Shown here: positions 53,861 to 64,000 of the stretch, one piece after another
How positions within the stretch are numbered: position 1 is the stretch's first letter
Layout: each line of letters opens with the position of its first letter
Assembly: GCA_963817895.1 (NCBI GenBank)
Contig: CAWFQB010000002.1
Location: 192,001-256,000 of the forward strand
DNA: 64,000 nucleotides
DNA from: an uncultured Chthonomonadaceae bacterium
GTDB lineage: Bacteria; Armatimonadota; Chthonomonadetes; Chthonomonadales; Chthonomonadaceae
Direction: 5' to 3'
Translations under genes and position numbers: made by a program
Notes under the pieces: model-generated
Told to the model about the DNA's origin: nothing
Databases searched by the model: none
The model's input: only the letters and a program-made list of their open reading frames with translations

Positions 53861-55231
53861 CTAAACGCTGTGAACGACATCAGGTTTCGCTGAAGTTGCA
53901 ACGCCACTGGTCATGGCTTGTGTGTTGGTCAGGTGGGCGGCTTCGGCGAGCCAGCCGGTCAAAGGTGCTGCGATGTCAGTTGTATTGTGGTTTTCGCGCC
54001 TCAACCTGATTTGGACATGAACGCAATTGCCACGCCATTCATATTGACTACAAAACAGGGCTGTCACCTTTTCTCGATATGCACTGACCATGAACTCGGC
54101 GACGGCACGCACAAACACTGCTCGGTCAGTACCTTTATAGAGGTAGATGGAAGGCAAAAGGCGTATTGTCCACTGTCTGGCTGGCAATAGTTCAATGGTG
54201 TAAAGCCCCGTGTTCGGATTATGCTCGAAGTCCAGCGCAAACCGTGCTGGCTCACAGTTGAGTAGATTGAGCGTTTGGAGTAGCCCTTGATCCAGAAACA
54301 GCCTTGCCGCATCCGGCTTGGGGGTGGGCTTGGGCCGCGTTGGGTGCGCGGCTTCTGCAAGCCAGTGCGCGAGCGCTCCGCGAGGTGGCGTCTCGTCGTC
54401 TGTATTGCGGGACATAGATGCGAAACTTATTGTGTCGTCGTGGAACTTGCTGGCGTAGGGGTAACGCGCATACAAGTCGGCGATGGCGCGTGCAAACATC
54501 GCCGGATCATCGCCCTCGTACATTACTTCAAACGCTTCTGGTGACATTGGTTGCAGACGCGACGCGTGCAACCTCTGATTATCGCGTACTTTGATGCAGA
54601 ATAGCCCATCCTTTGTACCGATTCCATTGATATGATGATGCACAAATTTGATGTAAAAATCCGCATCAGGATGGTCAAGTCCAAGCGTTTTCAGAAAAGC
54701 CACGATGCCGCGCCTTCGTAGTCTGTGGGGGCGGTTCTTCTCCTCACGTATCTGCCTCTTGAGCGAAACAGCCAGTTGAAAGTCCGGGCTTCCAGGGGCC
54801 AGATCAATGGCCTCTTTGCGCTTCTCCAACGGCTGGATATAAGGAGCCGCTCCTCTTTTTATTTTTGCAAAAGGATCGGCATTTTCGCAGACAGAACAAA
54901 CATTGCTGCATCCAAATCCCCCGTCTTGCACGACATCGCAGCGAGTAATGTAGGGCGAAGCCATAAGTCTTTGAAACAAGTACATCATTTCCATCCAAGA
55001 CAAGTTCTCAAGCCGCAGAAAGGGCGTGGAAACCGAACACATGCCCGGCTCACCGACAACATCTGACCTTCCCCCTTTCTTTCGTTCCACACTGAAGCGA
55101 ATCGGCGTCTTGGCCTCTTGCATGGCGTCATAAACCAGGCTGCGTCCATCCTCGGACAAGCGATAGCGTGTGGGGTTGATGGCCCCGGTTTCATCTCGCA
55201 GAGAGTTGAGCAAACGATGAATGCGTCCCAT
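53861..55231 (-). CDS. Hypothetical protein (paralog 1)
   Basis: About 456-aa ORF, clearly similar to 57756-59100. Confidence 0.75.
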   Translation of the reverse strand: MGRIHRLLNSLRDETGAINPTRYRLSEDGRSLVYDAMQEAKTPIRFSVERKKGGRSDVVGEPGMCSVSTPFLRLENLSWMEMMYLFQRLMASPYITRCDVVQDGGFGCSNVCSVCENADPFAKIKRGAAPYIQPLEKRKEAIDLAPGSPDFQLAVSLKRQIREEKNRPHRLRRRGIVAFLKTLGLDHPDADFYIKFVHHHINGIGTKDGLFCIKVRDNQRLHASRLQPMSPEAFEVMYEGDDPAMFARAIADLYARYPYASKFHDDTISFASMSRNTDDETPPRGALAHWLAEAAHPTRPKPTPKPDAARLFLDQGLLQTLNLLNCEPARFALDFEHNPNTGLYTIELLPARQWTIRLLPSIYLYKGTDRAVFVRAVAEFMVSAYREKVTALFCSQYEWRGNCVHVQIRLRRENHNTTDIAAPLTGWLAEAAHLTNTQAMTSGVATSAKPDVVHSV

Positions 55232-55370
55232 TTTCAAACTCCTTTTGCCGTTTGTTGTAATCTGCCCGCGTGGGCAGGCGCGCTACAGCCATAGAAATGA
55301 CCACCTTGCCATTAGGTGGTCATTTCTGGCATCTTGTATTGTGGTATGCGGTGCAACGCCGCCCTTTGCA

Positions 55371-56132
55371 TCACTTGAATGTGGCAGGCTGGACGATGTA
55401 TTTGAATTTCGTGTCATCGGTCTCGAAGCCGAATTGATCAAACTCGATGTCATCTAGGGAGGCTGGCAAGGCAATGTGTTCCTCCTTCGCGCGTTCGTTG
55501 TACACGAGCAGGCTATCTTGATTCACAGTCAAGATGGGAGCCACATGTTCCGGTCGCTTGGAACTGTTCTTGTGACGAATGACGATGGCCTTCACACGCG
55601 ATAGGTAGTCGCGTAATGCCCCCATGCTCGCAAAGGGACATACCCACCACTCGGCATCAGGAACCTCCTTCCACTTCTCATGCAGTTCCATAAAGGCTTC
55701 GTAATGCGCCTGGCTTATTTTGATCTCGTGGGGCTTTAACTCTTTGCGTCGTTCGTCGGAGAGAAGGTCAAATGGCGTCTCATTGGGCCATGGCATCAGG
55801 ATAACTCCATTGGTTTGCATGGTCGGGCGAATGTGGTAATGAGGATAGGGCCGCGCTCTGGCAATGAAAGACATGTGGAACTGATTACTGACAAACGAAC
55901 ACTGATCTTGCGACCAGCCCTGCTCGAAGGTGTCGTCGAGCAACGCGTAAAGCACCTTCAGTGCTTCATTAATCTTGGCATGGCGCTTGCGGCTTGCTTT
56001 GTACACCACAGTTCCGTCTTTGCGGATTTGCACCAAGTCAGGCCAACACTGAAATGAGACGGAATAATTCTGTCGGTCGCTGATCCTGTGCTCGGCGGAA
56101 ATTTGCTCGCCCAAATTGTTGTCAGTGGTCAT
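55371..56132 (-). CDS. Hypothetical protein
   Basis: 253-aa ORF with AAGGAGG RBS. Confidence 0.7.
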   Translation of the reverse strand: MTTDNNLGEQISAEHRISDRQNYSVSFQCWPDLVQIRKDGTVVYKASRKRHAKINEALKVLYALLDDTFEQGWSQDQCSFVSNQFHMSFIARARPYPHYHIRPTMQTNGVILMPWPNETPFDLLSDERRKELKPHEIKISQAHYEAFMELHEKWKEVPDAEWWVCPFASMGALRDYLSRVKAIVIRHKNSSKRPEHVAPILTVNQDSLLVYNERAKEEHIALPASLDDIEFDQFGFETDDTKFKYIVQPATFK

Positions 56133-56171
56133 TATTTTCCTCCTTCTCTGGCATTATTCCAGAACATAGTT

Positions 56172-56918
56172 TTAGTAGTTGACAGTGTGCGAGTCTGGAG
56201 CGGCTCCGGCTTCGATCAAAACATGCGCCGTGTCGGGAACGCCATACAGCAGCGCATAATAGAGCGCGCTTTTGTCATTGTTGTCGCAGGCGTTGACATC
56301 AGCCTGATGCGCGAGCAGACAAGACACGATTTCGGTGTTCCCTCTGGACGCGGCATACATCAGCGCAGTGCAGCCTCTTTCATCGCGCGCTTCGATGTCG
56401 CTTCCTCCGTCGAGTAATGCTTGCACGACCGCCTCTCTGTTGCACCATGCCGCGTATTGTAAGGGCGTAAGTCCAAGTTCATTTCGCGCCTCCAAATCGT
56501 GGGCCGCCGCCACAACCAAGTGATTGATTCGGGGTGAGAAACCCATGAGCGAATGCAGTTCAGTGTTGCCGTCCGCCTGTTTTGCGCTGGGATCGATTCC
56601 CAGTTGGCAGAGGACTTCCACAACCTCCACCCTGTCGCATATCTCTGCCAGGCGGAGAAGTGTCATCGACTTATGCACGGGATGGTAAATGTCCACTCCC
56701 TGCTCAATCAAAAATCGCACTTGCTCCACGTTGCCAGTCAGTACCGCGTTGCCCATTGGCGTATAGCCGCCCTCCCCAACAGCGTACAAGTCGGCCTCGT
56801 TGGATGGCTCGGCTTTGCGGAAGTGGGCGGCAATGGTGAGGGAAGTGACTGCACTCCGGGATGATTTCCAATTGCGGATTACATTCTTGCGCGTGCGTTG
56901 TGTTTGTCTCGTAGGCAT
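56172..56918 (-). CDS. Ankyrin repeat protein
   Basis: GLTPLQYAA, GCTALMYAA repeats; AAGGAG RBS. Confidence 0.88.
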   Translation of the reverse strand: MPTRQTQRTRKNVIRNWKSSRSAVTSLTIAAHFRKAEPSNEADLYAVGEGGYTPMGNAVLTGNVEQVRFLIEQGVDIYHPVHKSMTLLRLAEICDRVEVVEVLCQLGIDPSAKQADGNTELHSLMGFSPRINHLVVAAAHDLEARNELGLTPLQYAAWCNREAVVQALLDGGSDIEARDERGCTALMYAASRGNTEIVSCLLAHQADVNACDNNDKSALYYALLYGVPDTAHVLIEAGAAPDSHTVNY

Positions 56919-57209
56919 TTCTGTCTCCTTGTTGTGCGGCTTGGTCATTTGTATTGCGATGATTGCGATAGTAGCGTAATAGAGCCGTCTGCTCGCCATC
57001 AATTCCTAAATCCTCAACGTCAACTTGCGCTTGGTTGGCTTGGTCATCGGCCCAACTGCCAAGCAAAGGTATAGTTGTAGGCAACGAGGAAAAGGAAGTC
57101 GTATCATGTGGCAAGGGGCAGGAAGCCCGCACAACCGCCTGCCCCGCCTTGCCCAATTTAATAGAAACACCCGAAATCCGTACTTGCGCATCCGGGCGTA
57201 AATTTCGAT

Positions 57210-57419
57210 TTAGCACACTTCCGGCGAATTATCCGCCTTCCAGCACACCTCACATCGAGTGCGCTTGGGCACACGCAGCGTGCCCTGTCGGTACACCGTA
57301 TGTCCACATTGCAAGATCAAACGATGTGAGCCGACAGCCTGCCGTTGGGTTGCTCGTTTTTCCAGTTTGTTTTCCACCACCTTACGCAGGTAGGAAGACG
57401 GGCGTGAACACTTGGACAT
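57210..57419 (-). CDS. Small basic Cys/His protein (possible Zn ribbon), copy 1
   Basis: LQCGH...RTRCEVC; paralog at 61161-61340. Confidence 0.65.
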   Translation of the reverse strand: MSKCSRPSSYLRKVVENKLEKRATQRQAVGSHRLILQCGHTVYRQGTLRVPKRTRCEVCWKADNSPEVC

Positions 57420-57487
57420 ATTCCTCTCCTTTCTTCTCCATAAGGCCGCACCAAAATGTGTCAGCCTTCAATGTCGCTGTCGCCCAG

Positions 57488-57528
57488 TGTTGAACGCCCA
57501 CGTAAAATATTTACGTGGGCGTTCAACA
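57488..57528. terminator. 19-bp perfect inverted repeat
   Basis: TGTTGAACGCCCACGTAAA-ata-TTTACGTGGGCGTTCAACA. Confidence 0.65.
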
Positions 57529-57546
57529 TGATCTTTGGGCATCTCT

Positions 57547-57619
57547 CAGTCTTCGGAAGCCAGCATGATGGTTGCGCTGCTTCGATCCGCTTTGTCAACA
57601 CATAGATTTTCTCCGAGCG
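57547..57619 (-). pseudogene. Remnant C-terminus of a paralog of 59757-60026
   Basis: EKIYVLT/KADRSSATIMLASED versus EKIYVITEADRSATTIMLAGEN. Confidence 0.6.
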
Positions 57620-57755
57620 CACCCCGGATCAGTGTCGGATACCGATCATAGGAAAAGGTGACACTCTGCAAAGACCAGGGCGAGCCGTCCGCGCAGCCAA
57701 TGGACGCCTGCCCTTCAACTGATGTGAGGGGTAAACCACCCCATCTGCAACGTTA

Positions 57756-59100
57756 TCATCGTTGATCCGACTCACTTGCCGTTGGAAGCCGCGCTGCCTC
57801 CTCAAGCCAGCCCGTTAAAGGTGCTTTGATGTCGGTGATATGGTAGTTTTTGTGCCTCAACCTGATTTTTACATGAACGGTGTTGCCAGCCAAATCAGAA
57901 TGTCCGCAGTACAGGGATGTAACCTTCTCTCGATAGGCGCTTTCCATGAACTCAGCCACGGCGCGCACAAACACCGCTCGGTCAGTGCCATTATAGAGGT
58001 AGATGGAAGGCAGAACCCGTATTGTCCACTCGCGGGCAGGCAATAGTGTAATGGTGTAAAACCCCGTTTTCGGATTATGCTCGAATTCCAAAGCAAAACG
58101 TGCTGGTTCACAGTTGAGTAGATTAAGGGTGTGAACTAATCCCTCTACCAGAAAGCAGGCTCGCCATATCCGGCTTCGGGGCGGGCTTGGGCCGCGTTGG
58201 TTGCGCGGCCTCGGCAAGCCACTGTGTGAGCATTCCGGGTGGCGGCATCTCGTCGTCTATGGAGACGCGAGACGAAGTGAATGTTAGTTCGCAGCCATGT
58301 GTATCAAGGGAATGCTGGTGGAATTTGCTGGCGCAGGGATAATGTGTATGAAGGTCGGCGATGGCGCGGGCAAACATCGCGGGATCATCGCCCTCATAGA
58401 GCATGACAAACGCTTCGGGCGAATTTGGTTGCAGACGCGATGCACGTATCTGGTGGTTATCGCGTACCCTGATGTTGAACACCCCATCCTTTGTGCCGAT
58501 CTCATCGATGTGATGGTGCAGGAATCCGATGGAGAAATCTGCGTCCGGTTGATCGAGTCCAAGCGTTTGCAGAAAAGCCATGATGCCGCGTCGTCGTAGC
58601 CTATGGGGGCGGTTCTTCTCCTCGCGCACCTGCTTTTTGAGCGAAACGGCAAGTTGAAAGTCCGCGCTTCCAGGAGTGAGATCAATGGTATCCTGGCGCG
58701 TTCCCCACTTTCCTCCGCTGGGAACATACTGTGTGGAGGCGATCAACGGATTAGGGGTTTCTGTCACCGTTATTCTTGGCACAAAACCCTGTATGCTACC
58801 TGAGTGTATGTTGCAGCGGGTGATGAAGGGAGATGCCACTATTTGTTGGTGCAAGTAGACAACTTCCAGCCAAGAGAGATCGCGCAGGCACATCCCCGGA
58901 CACGAAATGGAGTAACCACAGGGGACAGGCCGTATGTCACGTTCGATGCGATGTTTAATGTGAAAGTGGAGGGGTGTCTTCGGCGGTAACGTCGCGTCAT
59001 AAAGCAGGCTGCGCCCATCCCCGGACAAGCGATAGCAGGTGGGGTTGACAGTGCCGGTTTCATCTCGCAGATAATTGAGCAAACGATGGATGCGTCCCAT
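57756..59100 (-). pseudogene. Hypothetical protein (paralog 2); frameshift near 58150
   Basis: ORFs 58123-59100 and 57756-58217 together align to 53861-55231. Confidence 0.75.
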
Positions 59101-59291
59101 TTTGGGTTCTCCTTTGGTCGGTCTGTTGCCAGCCGCCTTCTGTGGCAGCGATGACAGTGCAGACAGGGCAGTGTTCCTTGATCAGTGCGGAATGGTAGGC
59201 GCGACCGATGCAGGGCTGACCGCACATCAGCCCTGCGGCGGTGGTGTGGGAGGGCAGGCGATCCCGCACAGAAGCACCCGCGATTATTTCC

Positions 59292-59345
59292 CACAATATA
59301 TCTAGTCAAGCCCAGAATCGATATTTCTGAATCCTCGCCATTTTT
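59292..59345. repeat. Intergenic repeat copy A
   Basis: CACAATATATCTAG.CAAG......TCGATATTTCTGAATC.TCGCC shared with 61044-61097. Confidence 0.75.
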
Positions 59346-59709
59346 AGCCCCTTTTGGGCTTCGTCTGAAAACTTTTTTCGGCAAGCGTAAATTGCCTACA
59401 GAAACCCGGTCATAACGAATGTATATGACACGGCTGCAAGCGCGCAAGGTATCGAGGCAGCAGGGTTCCGAAGGAATGCGGATGCGTTGGGTGCAGCCCA
59501 GGCTGATGCCGGGCCTGATCTTGCGCACAGCCATCCGAGGCAAGTGAGGATTGATATTTGGCGGTTTGTTGCTGTGATGCGGCTGGCGGAAGTGGTAGAT
59601 GTGCTCAACCTTTAATATAAGGGCGTGGTGGGCGTGGCATCGCTGGCGACGGCAGAAAAGCATGTTCCGACTCGAATTGCCTTTGGTGCGCCCGATCATT
59701 ATGAATCCA

Positions 59710-59743
59710 AAAACCCCGGATGAAATTTTTCATCCGGGGTTTT
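59710..59743. terminator. 16-bp inverted repeat after 59757-60026
   Basis: AAAACCCCGGATGAAA-tt-TTTCATCCGGGGTTTT. Confidence 0.7.
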
Positions 59744-59756
59744 GTTTGTTTCAGAA

Positions 59757-60026
59757 TCAGTTCTCGCCAGCCAGCATGATCGTTGTGGCACTTCGATCCG
59801 CCTCGGTGATGACGTAGATTTTCTCGTCGCGCACAAAGTACACAGAAAGCAAGCGTCCGCCTTCCACCAGCGCCTCCTCATTGCGCTGCCAATCATCAGG
59901 AGTCACGTCGCCCCAATCCCCTCTGTGGTGGCGCTCAAATAGGCTTTGGGGCGTGACACCAGCCTCCTCAAGCAGTGCCACTACCGTCGCCGTGCCCACT
60001 GTCCTACCCATTTCAAACAGGCTCAT
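59757..60026 (-). CDS. Small conserved plasmid/ICE-associated protein
   Basis: RHHRGDWG...NEEAL..G.RLLSVY...IYVITEADRSATT, a family I associate with mobile elements. Confidence 0.75.
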   Translation of the reverse strand: MSLFEMGRTVGTATVVALLEEAGVTPQSLFERHHRGDWGDVTPDDWQRNEEALVEGGRLLSVYFVRDEKIYVITEADRSATTIMLAGEN

Positions 60027-60957
60027 TCGCTTCGCCTCCTTCCTTTTGGCGTTTTTTCAGTGCTTTCCAGTCCTCATGCCACACTTTATCATCCCAATTC
60101 CACGATACCACCTTCTGCGCCCAGGTCGCCATTTCGTCTGTGGTGCAGATAGAAGCGTCCGGGTAGCCCCTTTTGAGTTTGGGGTTGATCGCATTCCAGG
60201 CACAGTTGGGTTTATACTCGACGTAGGCGCAACCGACCTTGCCATTCACACCAGGGTCGAAGTCATCCACGCCCACAATGATACGGTACTCATTGCACGC
60301 GCGGCGCACAATCATGCCTTCCTTGATGTCCGGGCCTGTGAGTGGTTGAGCAGGCGTTCTACCCAGTTCGATCATCAGGTCATCGTCTAGCCAGAAAATG
60401 GTGGTCATTGCCGCCTTCCGCGCGTCAGGAGACATGCGCCTGATCCGCTCACGCCGGGAAGCGGGATGCAGGCGCAGAAGGTCGGTTTCAAACTTCGGGA
60501 ATTTATAGCCTGTGGGTTTTGTACCTGTGTCGAAAGGTATCCGTACCACGTTGGGCAAGTCGGGCAGGTAGCCAGTGGTCGGGCCGTCCAGAATGCTTAG
60601 ATCGTCCAGGCCCACCACTTCCCATCCGACACGGTGCATACCATCTTGAGTCTGGATGCTTTCCACCCAGAGGAGCATGGAGAGGATGCAATAGTCCGTG
60701 CGCTCGGAAGCGGCATACGCGACATCGATCTCACATTTCAAGCAGCCCCGCTCGTCGAAGTTGGGACAGAAAATCTGCCTCATTTCAATGCTGCCCTCAA
60801 TTGCGCCATTTTCGTCTTTGCCCAGTTTCAGGGCTGTCCATTCAACCTCGTAATCGAAATCGCAATTTTTCAGGATTTCCACCACCTCGTCGGCTTCGGC
60901 CTGGTTGTTGGGAATGCGTCTCACCCACATGCTGTTCTGATCATTCGCTGCTGACAT
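60013..60957 (-). CDS. Hypothetical protein
   Basis: 314-aa ORF with AGGAG RBS, overlapping the next gene. Confidence 0.7.
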   Translation of the reverse strand: MSAANDQNSMWVRRIPNNQAEADEVVEILKNCDFDYEVEWTALKLGKDENGAIEGSIEMRQIFCPNFDERGCLKCEIDVAYAASERTDYCILSMLLWVESIQTQDGMHRVGWEVVGLDDLSILDGPTTGYLPDLPNVVRIPFDTGTKPTGYKFPKFETDLLRLHPASRRERIRRMSPDARKAAMTTIFWLDDDLMIELGRTPAQPLTGPDIKEGMIVRRACNEYRIIVGVDDFDPGVNGKVGCAYVEYKPNCAWNAINPKLKRGYPDASICTTDEMATWAQKVVSWNWDDKVWHEDWKALKKRQKEGGEANEPV

Positions 60958-61043
60958 CGGTTTTTCTCCTATGTGCGGTAAAGGATTGGTTGTGTAGCGT
61001 GACGAGGGGCAGGCTTTCCCCGCACAGGTTGGCCCGCCCGCGT

Positions 61044-61097
61044 CACAATATATCTAGGCAAGGCGATATTCGATATTTCTGAATCGTCGCCGTTTTC
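61044..61097. repeat. Intergenic repeat copy B
   Basis: Similar to 59292-59345. Confidence 0.75.
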
Positions 61098-61160
61098 AAG
61101 GCCCATTCAGCCTTTTTCAGGGTGGTTGAGAAATTATTTTTTCGGGCATCCATCCAGTTG

Positions 61161-61340
61161 TCAGCAAAAGTGGCAACGAGTTCTTCGGGGAACGCGCAGA
61201 GTGCCCTGAATATAGAGTGTGTGCCCGCAGTCTAACAGCAGGCGATGCGAACCGACAGCCTGCCGTTGCACTCCGCGCTTCACCAGTTCGCTTTTAATAA
61301 CCTGGCGAAAGTAGGCGCTGGGAACAAGACATTTTGACAT
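61161..61340 (-). CDS. Small basic Cys/His protein, copy 2 (59 aa)
   Basis: MSKCLVPSAYFRQV...QRQAVGSHRLLLDCGH...GTLRVPRRTRCHFC. Confidence 0.6.
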   Translation of the reverse strand: MSKCLVPSAYFRQVIKSELVKRGVQRQAVGSHRLLLDCGHTLYIQGTLRVPRRTRCHFC

Positions 61341-61423
61341 CGTTCTACTTCCTTGCTCTTGTATCCTTAATAGACTCTTATATGCCTATACATTGGGGTT
61401 CAAAAATCAGAAGATGTCGGCAG

Positions 61424-62216
61424 TCAGTCATCGAAGGAAATGGCGTCTAGTGCCGCAGGCGCGACGTTCTGGCATTCGTCTAACAGCGGGCAAAATTGGC
61501 AGTGTTCGCTTCGGGTAGGTAGAAATTCGGTTGCTGATTTCGTAGCGTTGCACCAGGGCTGCGACGTGCTTGTGGATGCCCTTTAGATCGCGCGAGTGGT
61601 AGGTGGTGGTTTCAAAACCATCATCCGTCAGGTTGGTCAACTCCAAAACATGGTACTTGAAAGCACTCTGATGAGCCAATTTTGCCACCGCGAGATTTAT
61701 GAAAATTTGGATCGGATCGAGAGGACGAAGTGAGGAGGCTACCTTATAATCGCGGACAATTAGAGTGTCAGGAGCGTCAGGGCGAATCAGTATGCGGTCG
61801 AGGCGGGCACTGACGTGAAAGGCTACCTTGCCCGGAGACAATTCGATGGGGAAGTTTCCAGACAATTCGACAGCCGTGGTGCAGTTGGCATCTTCATCCT
61901 CATCCAAATACCTGCTGATGATCCTGTGGGCGCGGTGCATATCCAGTTCACGCGCGGCCTCGTCCTTGTTGTAGAAATGTTGTTGAAGGAACGCCATGCG
62001 AACGTATGTGGCGAGGTTTTGGGAATGGGGTAGCGGGCCAGGGGTGAGAGGATCGTAAAGATGGCGCAGGATTTGATGGCACGCCGAAGAAAACGACAAG
62101 ACGCTGCTACGCTGTGAGCGGACAGCAGGGTATTGCTTTTTGACAGCGAGGCGATCAAAGCGTTTGGCACAAGTCGCCAGCCATGTGGCGTTGCTGGGCG
62201 TAAGAGTTAAGGGCAT
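61424..62216 (-). CDS. PD-(D/E)XK nuclease, Cas4/AddB-like with four-Cys staple; frameshift near 61540
   Basis: N-terminal C; ARLDRI...VRDYK; the shifted frame gives HCQFCPLLDEC. Confidence 0.75.
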
Positions 62217-62413
62217 TTCCTTCTCCTTTTGTTCGCCCTGCAAACACGAGTGTGCGGCACGCGCAGCAGGTGGGGTATAGATTTGTCGAGTTGATTTATA
62301 GCACAGCCAAAATTTGGCTGTCAACTACGCAGGCGCAAAAATCTATTCGGCCCGCCAAAAAACATTTTCTGGCGGGCAGAATGGTGGCGATGAGCGGAAT
62401 ACGTTACGCAGCG

Positions 62414-63022
62414 CTATTCCCCCTCATCATCCTCGTCGTCCTCATCGTCTTGAGCGTCGTCCTCAAGGTTTTGGCGATAATATTCGAGGGCGGAGGGTAT
62501 GCCGGAATAGTGTATGTATCCAGCGTTGTCAAGAGCGGTTTCAACGTCTGCGGCGATGCGATCCAAGTCAACATCTGATGTTTCTGCTGTGATTTCTCCC
62601 AGCGATGGTACGTCGATGTCGTCTGGAATATCTGTTATGTCTGTCACTTCAAGTGTTTTCAAAACGTAGGCATCGCTTGCGTAATCCGCCAAACATTGAA
62701 GCGCATTTTGTGCGTTCTCGTCCAGTTTGCCGATCAGATTTGTGTTGTGCCACTCCTCCGTGTAACCGGCAGCGATCTGGTCGAGCAGATTCTTGTGCTC
62801 TGTCATGCCGCGCGACAATGCTTCCGCGTCCACGTTGTCCGGCAAGACCAACGCATAGAGCCGATCATGCACCACGCTCTCAAACGTGTCAGGATTATCG
62901 ACATGCTGATGGTATTGTTGCACCGACCAAGTGTGGGTGTCGGGATCGATCATCAGATAGTTCGCGTACTGTTCGTCGTCACCACCTGTTAGCAAAAATT
63001 GGGTCTGAGTGTATCGAGGCAT
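62414..63022 (-). CDS. Very acidic hypothetical protein
   Basis: About 48 D/E versus about 8 K/R in 202 aa (hand count); GGAGG RBS. Confidence 0.7.
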   Translation of the reverse strand: MPRYTQTQFLLTGGDDEQYANYLMIDPDTHTWSVQQYHQHVDNPDTFESVVHDRLYALVLPDNVDAEALSRGMTEHKNLLDQIAAGYTEEWHNTNLIGKLDENAQNALQCLADYASDAYVLKTLEVTDITDIPDDIDVPSLGEITAETSDVDLDRIAADVETALDNAGYIHYSGIPSALEYYRQNLEDDAQDDEDDEDDEGE

Positions 63023-63195
63023 CTGGCCCTCCGCGTGTATTGATGTTGTGGCCCGCGGTTCCGGCACGGGCCGGGTTGTTGCGTAGCATCCAACCTCAGC
63101 GATGGCTTATTCTACCAAATGTGCATTGATTTGTCAAATTTGTAATGCAGATTTTCCCAAGTAGATGCGAGGTACAATATGATGGGAGGCTGAAT

Positions 63196-63522
63196 ATGGC
63201 AAAAGAGTATGATCCAGACGACAAACGACCTTTTTCTGCACGTTTAAGACCGGAGGCTTTCGCATCATTGGAAAAACTAGCAAAAGATTGGGGTATCAGC
63301 CAAACTGCTGTAGTCGAGTCATTGCTAATAAGCGTTGCATCACATCCTTCAATTGCAAGTATGCCACCATTCCATAATTTAGCGCTGGCACGCAAACTTA
63401 TGCTCGATGCCATCCATATTATGGAGACATCAATACATATATTACCTATCAGCGTAGAGCCGCAGTCATCACCACGCGGACGCAAACCAAGTAACAAACA
63501 ACCTGATACTGACGCAACCTAA
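63196..63522 (+). CDS. Ribbon-helix-helix-like small regulator
   Basis: PFSARLRPEAFASLEKLAKDWGISQTAVVESLL; GGAGG RBS. Confidence 0.6.
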   Translation: MAKEYDPDDKRPFSARLRPEAFASLEKLAKDWGISQTAVVESLLISVASHPSIASMPPFHNLALARKLMLDAIHIMETSIHILPISVEPQSSPRGRKPSNKQPDTDAT

Positions 63523-63541
63523 CGTGCCATTAGCGCTGCCA

Positions 63542-63787
63542 CTATCGCCCCGCGCCCCACAACAAATAACGCCTGATATATTGCCCGTGCGTTAGTATTT
63601 TGAGCGGCTGTCCGCAGGAAGGATACGCCATCGCCTGCTTGCTGACTTGGTGGGCGCAGGCGGGGAAGGGTTCGAGGCTGATCGTGGATGCAGGCGCGGC
63701 AGTAAATGTTTGAACCGGGAAGCCGCAATGCGGGCATTCAACCTGGCTGATGGCAAACGAGCGGGTACAGTTGGCGCAGGCGGTCAT
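63542..63787 (-). CDS. Zinc-ribbon protein, possibly degenerate
   Basis: CANC, CPHC and an eroded second ribbon. Confidence 0.4.
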   Translation of the reverse strand: MTACANCTRSFAISQVECPHCGFPVQTFTAAPASTISLEPFPACAHQVSKQAMAYPSCGQPLKILTHGQYIRRYLLWGAGR

Positions 63788-64000
63788 TTAGTTGGTTGTT
63801 GCAATTGTCATTGTTTTGCCTTTCCTAACGCGCGACGTTGTTCGGCTGCCGTGCGGCGGGCGGCAAGCCACTCTTGAAGGTGCAGGTAGGATACGTGGTT
63901 TGAGGTAAGGGCTGGTATATGCCGGTTGACGCTCGATTTCGGCAACACCCATGAGCGTAGCGGCCTCGGCTTTTGTCACCGCCCGATCCTGGGCCTGGAC

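Noticed and set aside
59292..59304. GATATATTGTG resemblance to a T-DNA border or IncP nic site
   Set aside because: The essential TATCCTG core is absent; the match is short and AT-rich
61161..61163. UGA after CHFC as selenocysteine
   Set aside because: The paralog has Trp (TGG) here, not Cys, and no SECIS-like stem was seen; more likely a nonsense change
61424..62216. CRISPR-Cas locus suggested by the Cas4-like gene
   Set aside because: No cas1, cas2 or repeat-spacer array in the window

Overview
Bacterial accessory DNA that looks like part of a plasmid or large integrative element; no integrase, tRNA, rRNA or CRISPR array was seen. There are four blocks. (1) 1-27.3 kb is an envelope-stress, heavy-metal and selenium module: a two-component system with PepSY and COG4705 genes; a TauE/DUF202/LysR cluster facing an ArsM-like methyltransferase with an in-frame UGA and a SECIS-like hairpin; MerR behind a ZntR-type promoter; four cation-efflux/CDF genes; an RcnR/DmeR-type repressor; and a heavily frameshifted czcCBA preceded by a Cys-rich RGPP/RAPP leader ORF. 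(2) 27.3-34.5 kb holds an ankyrin gene, an XRE regulator, an AEP-primase-like replication protein, a PAS kinase and a secreted HNH protein. (3) 34.5-53.7 kb is a defence island: a three-gene operon in which an unknown protein and a PNP/nucleosidase share an amyloid/RHIM-like motif; a type I R-M system with an inserted Cys-His-Asp protein; an XRE / ImmA-like / BpsA-like / EVE cassette; and an inactive long-B Argonaute with a PD-(D/E)XK effector. (4) 53.8-64 kb is mostly minus-strand mobile-element hypotheticals with internal duplications, a Cas4/AddB-like nuclease and a very acidic protein. All family assignments come from motif recognition by eye, not database searches. Many single-base frameshifts may be assembly errors. 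The best candidates for an undescribed system are the amyloid-motif PNP operon (35.7-39.3 kb) and the XRE/ImmA/BpsA-like/EVE cassette upstream of the Argonaute.
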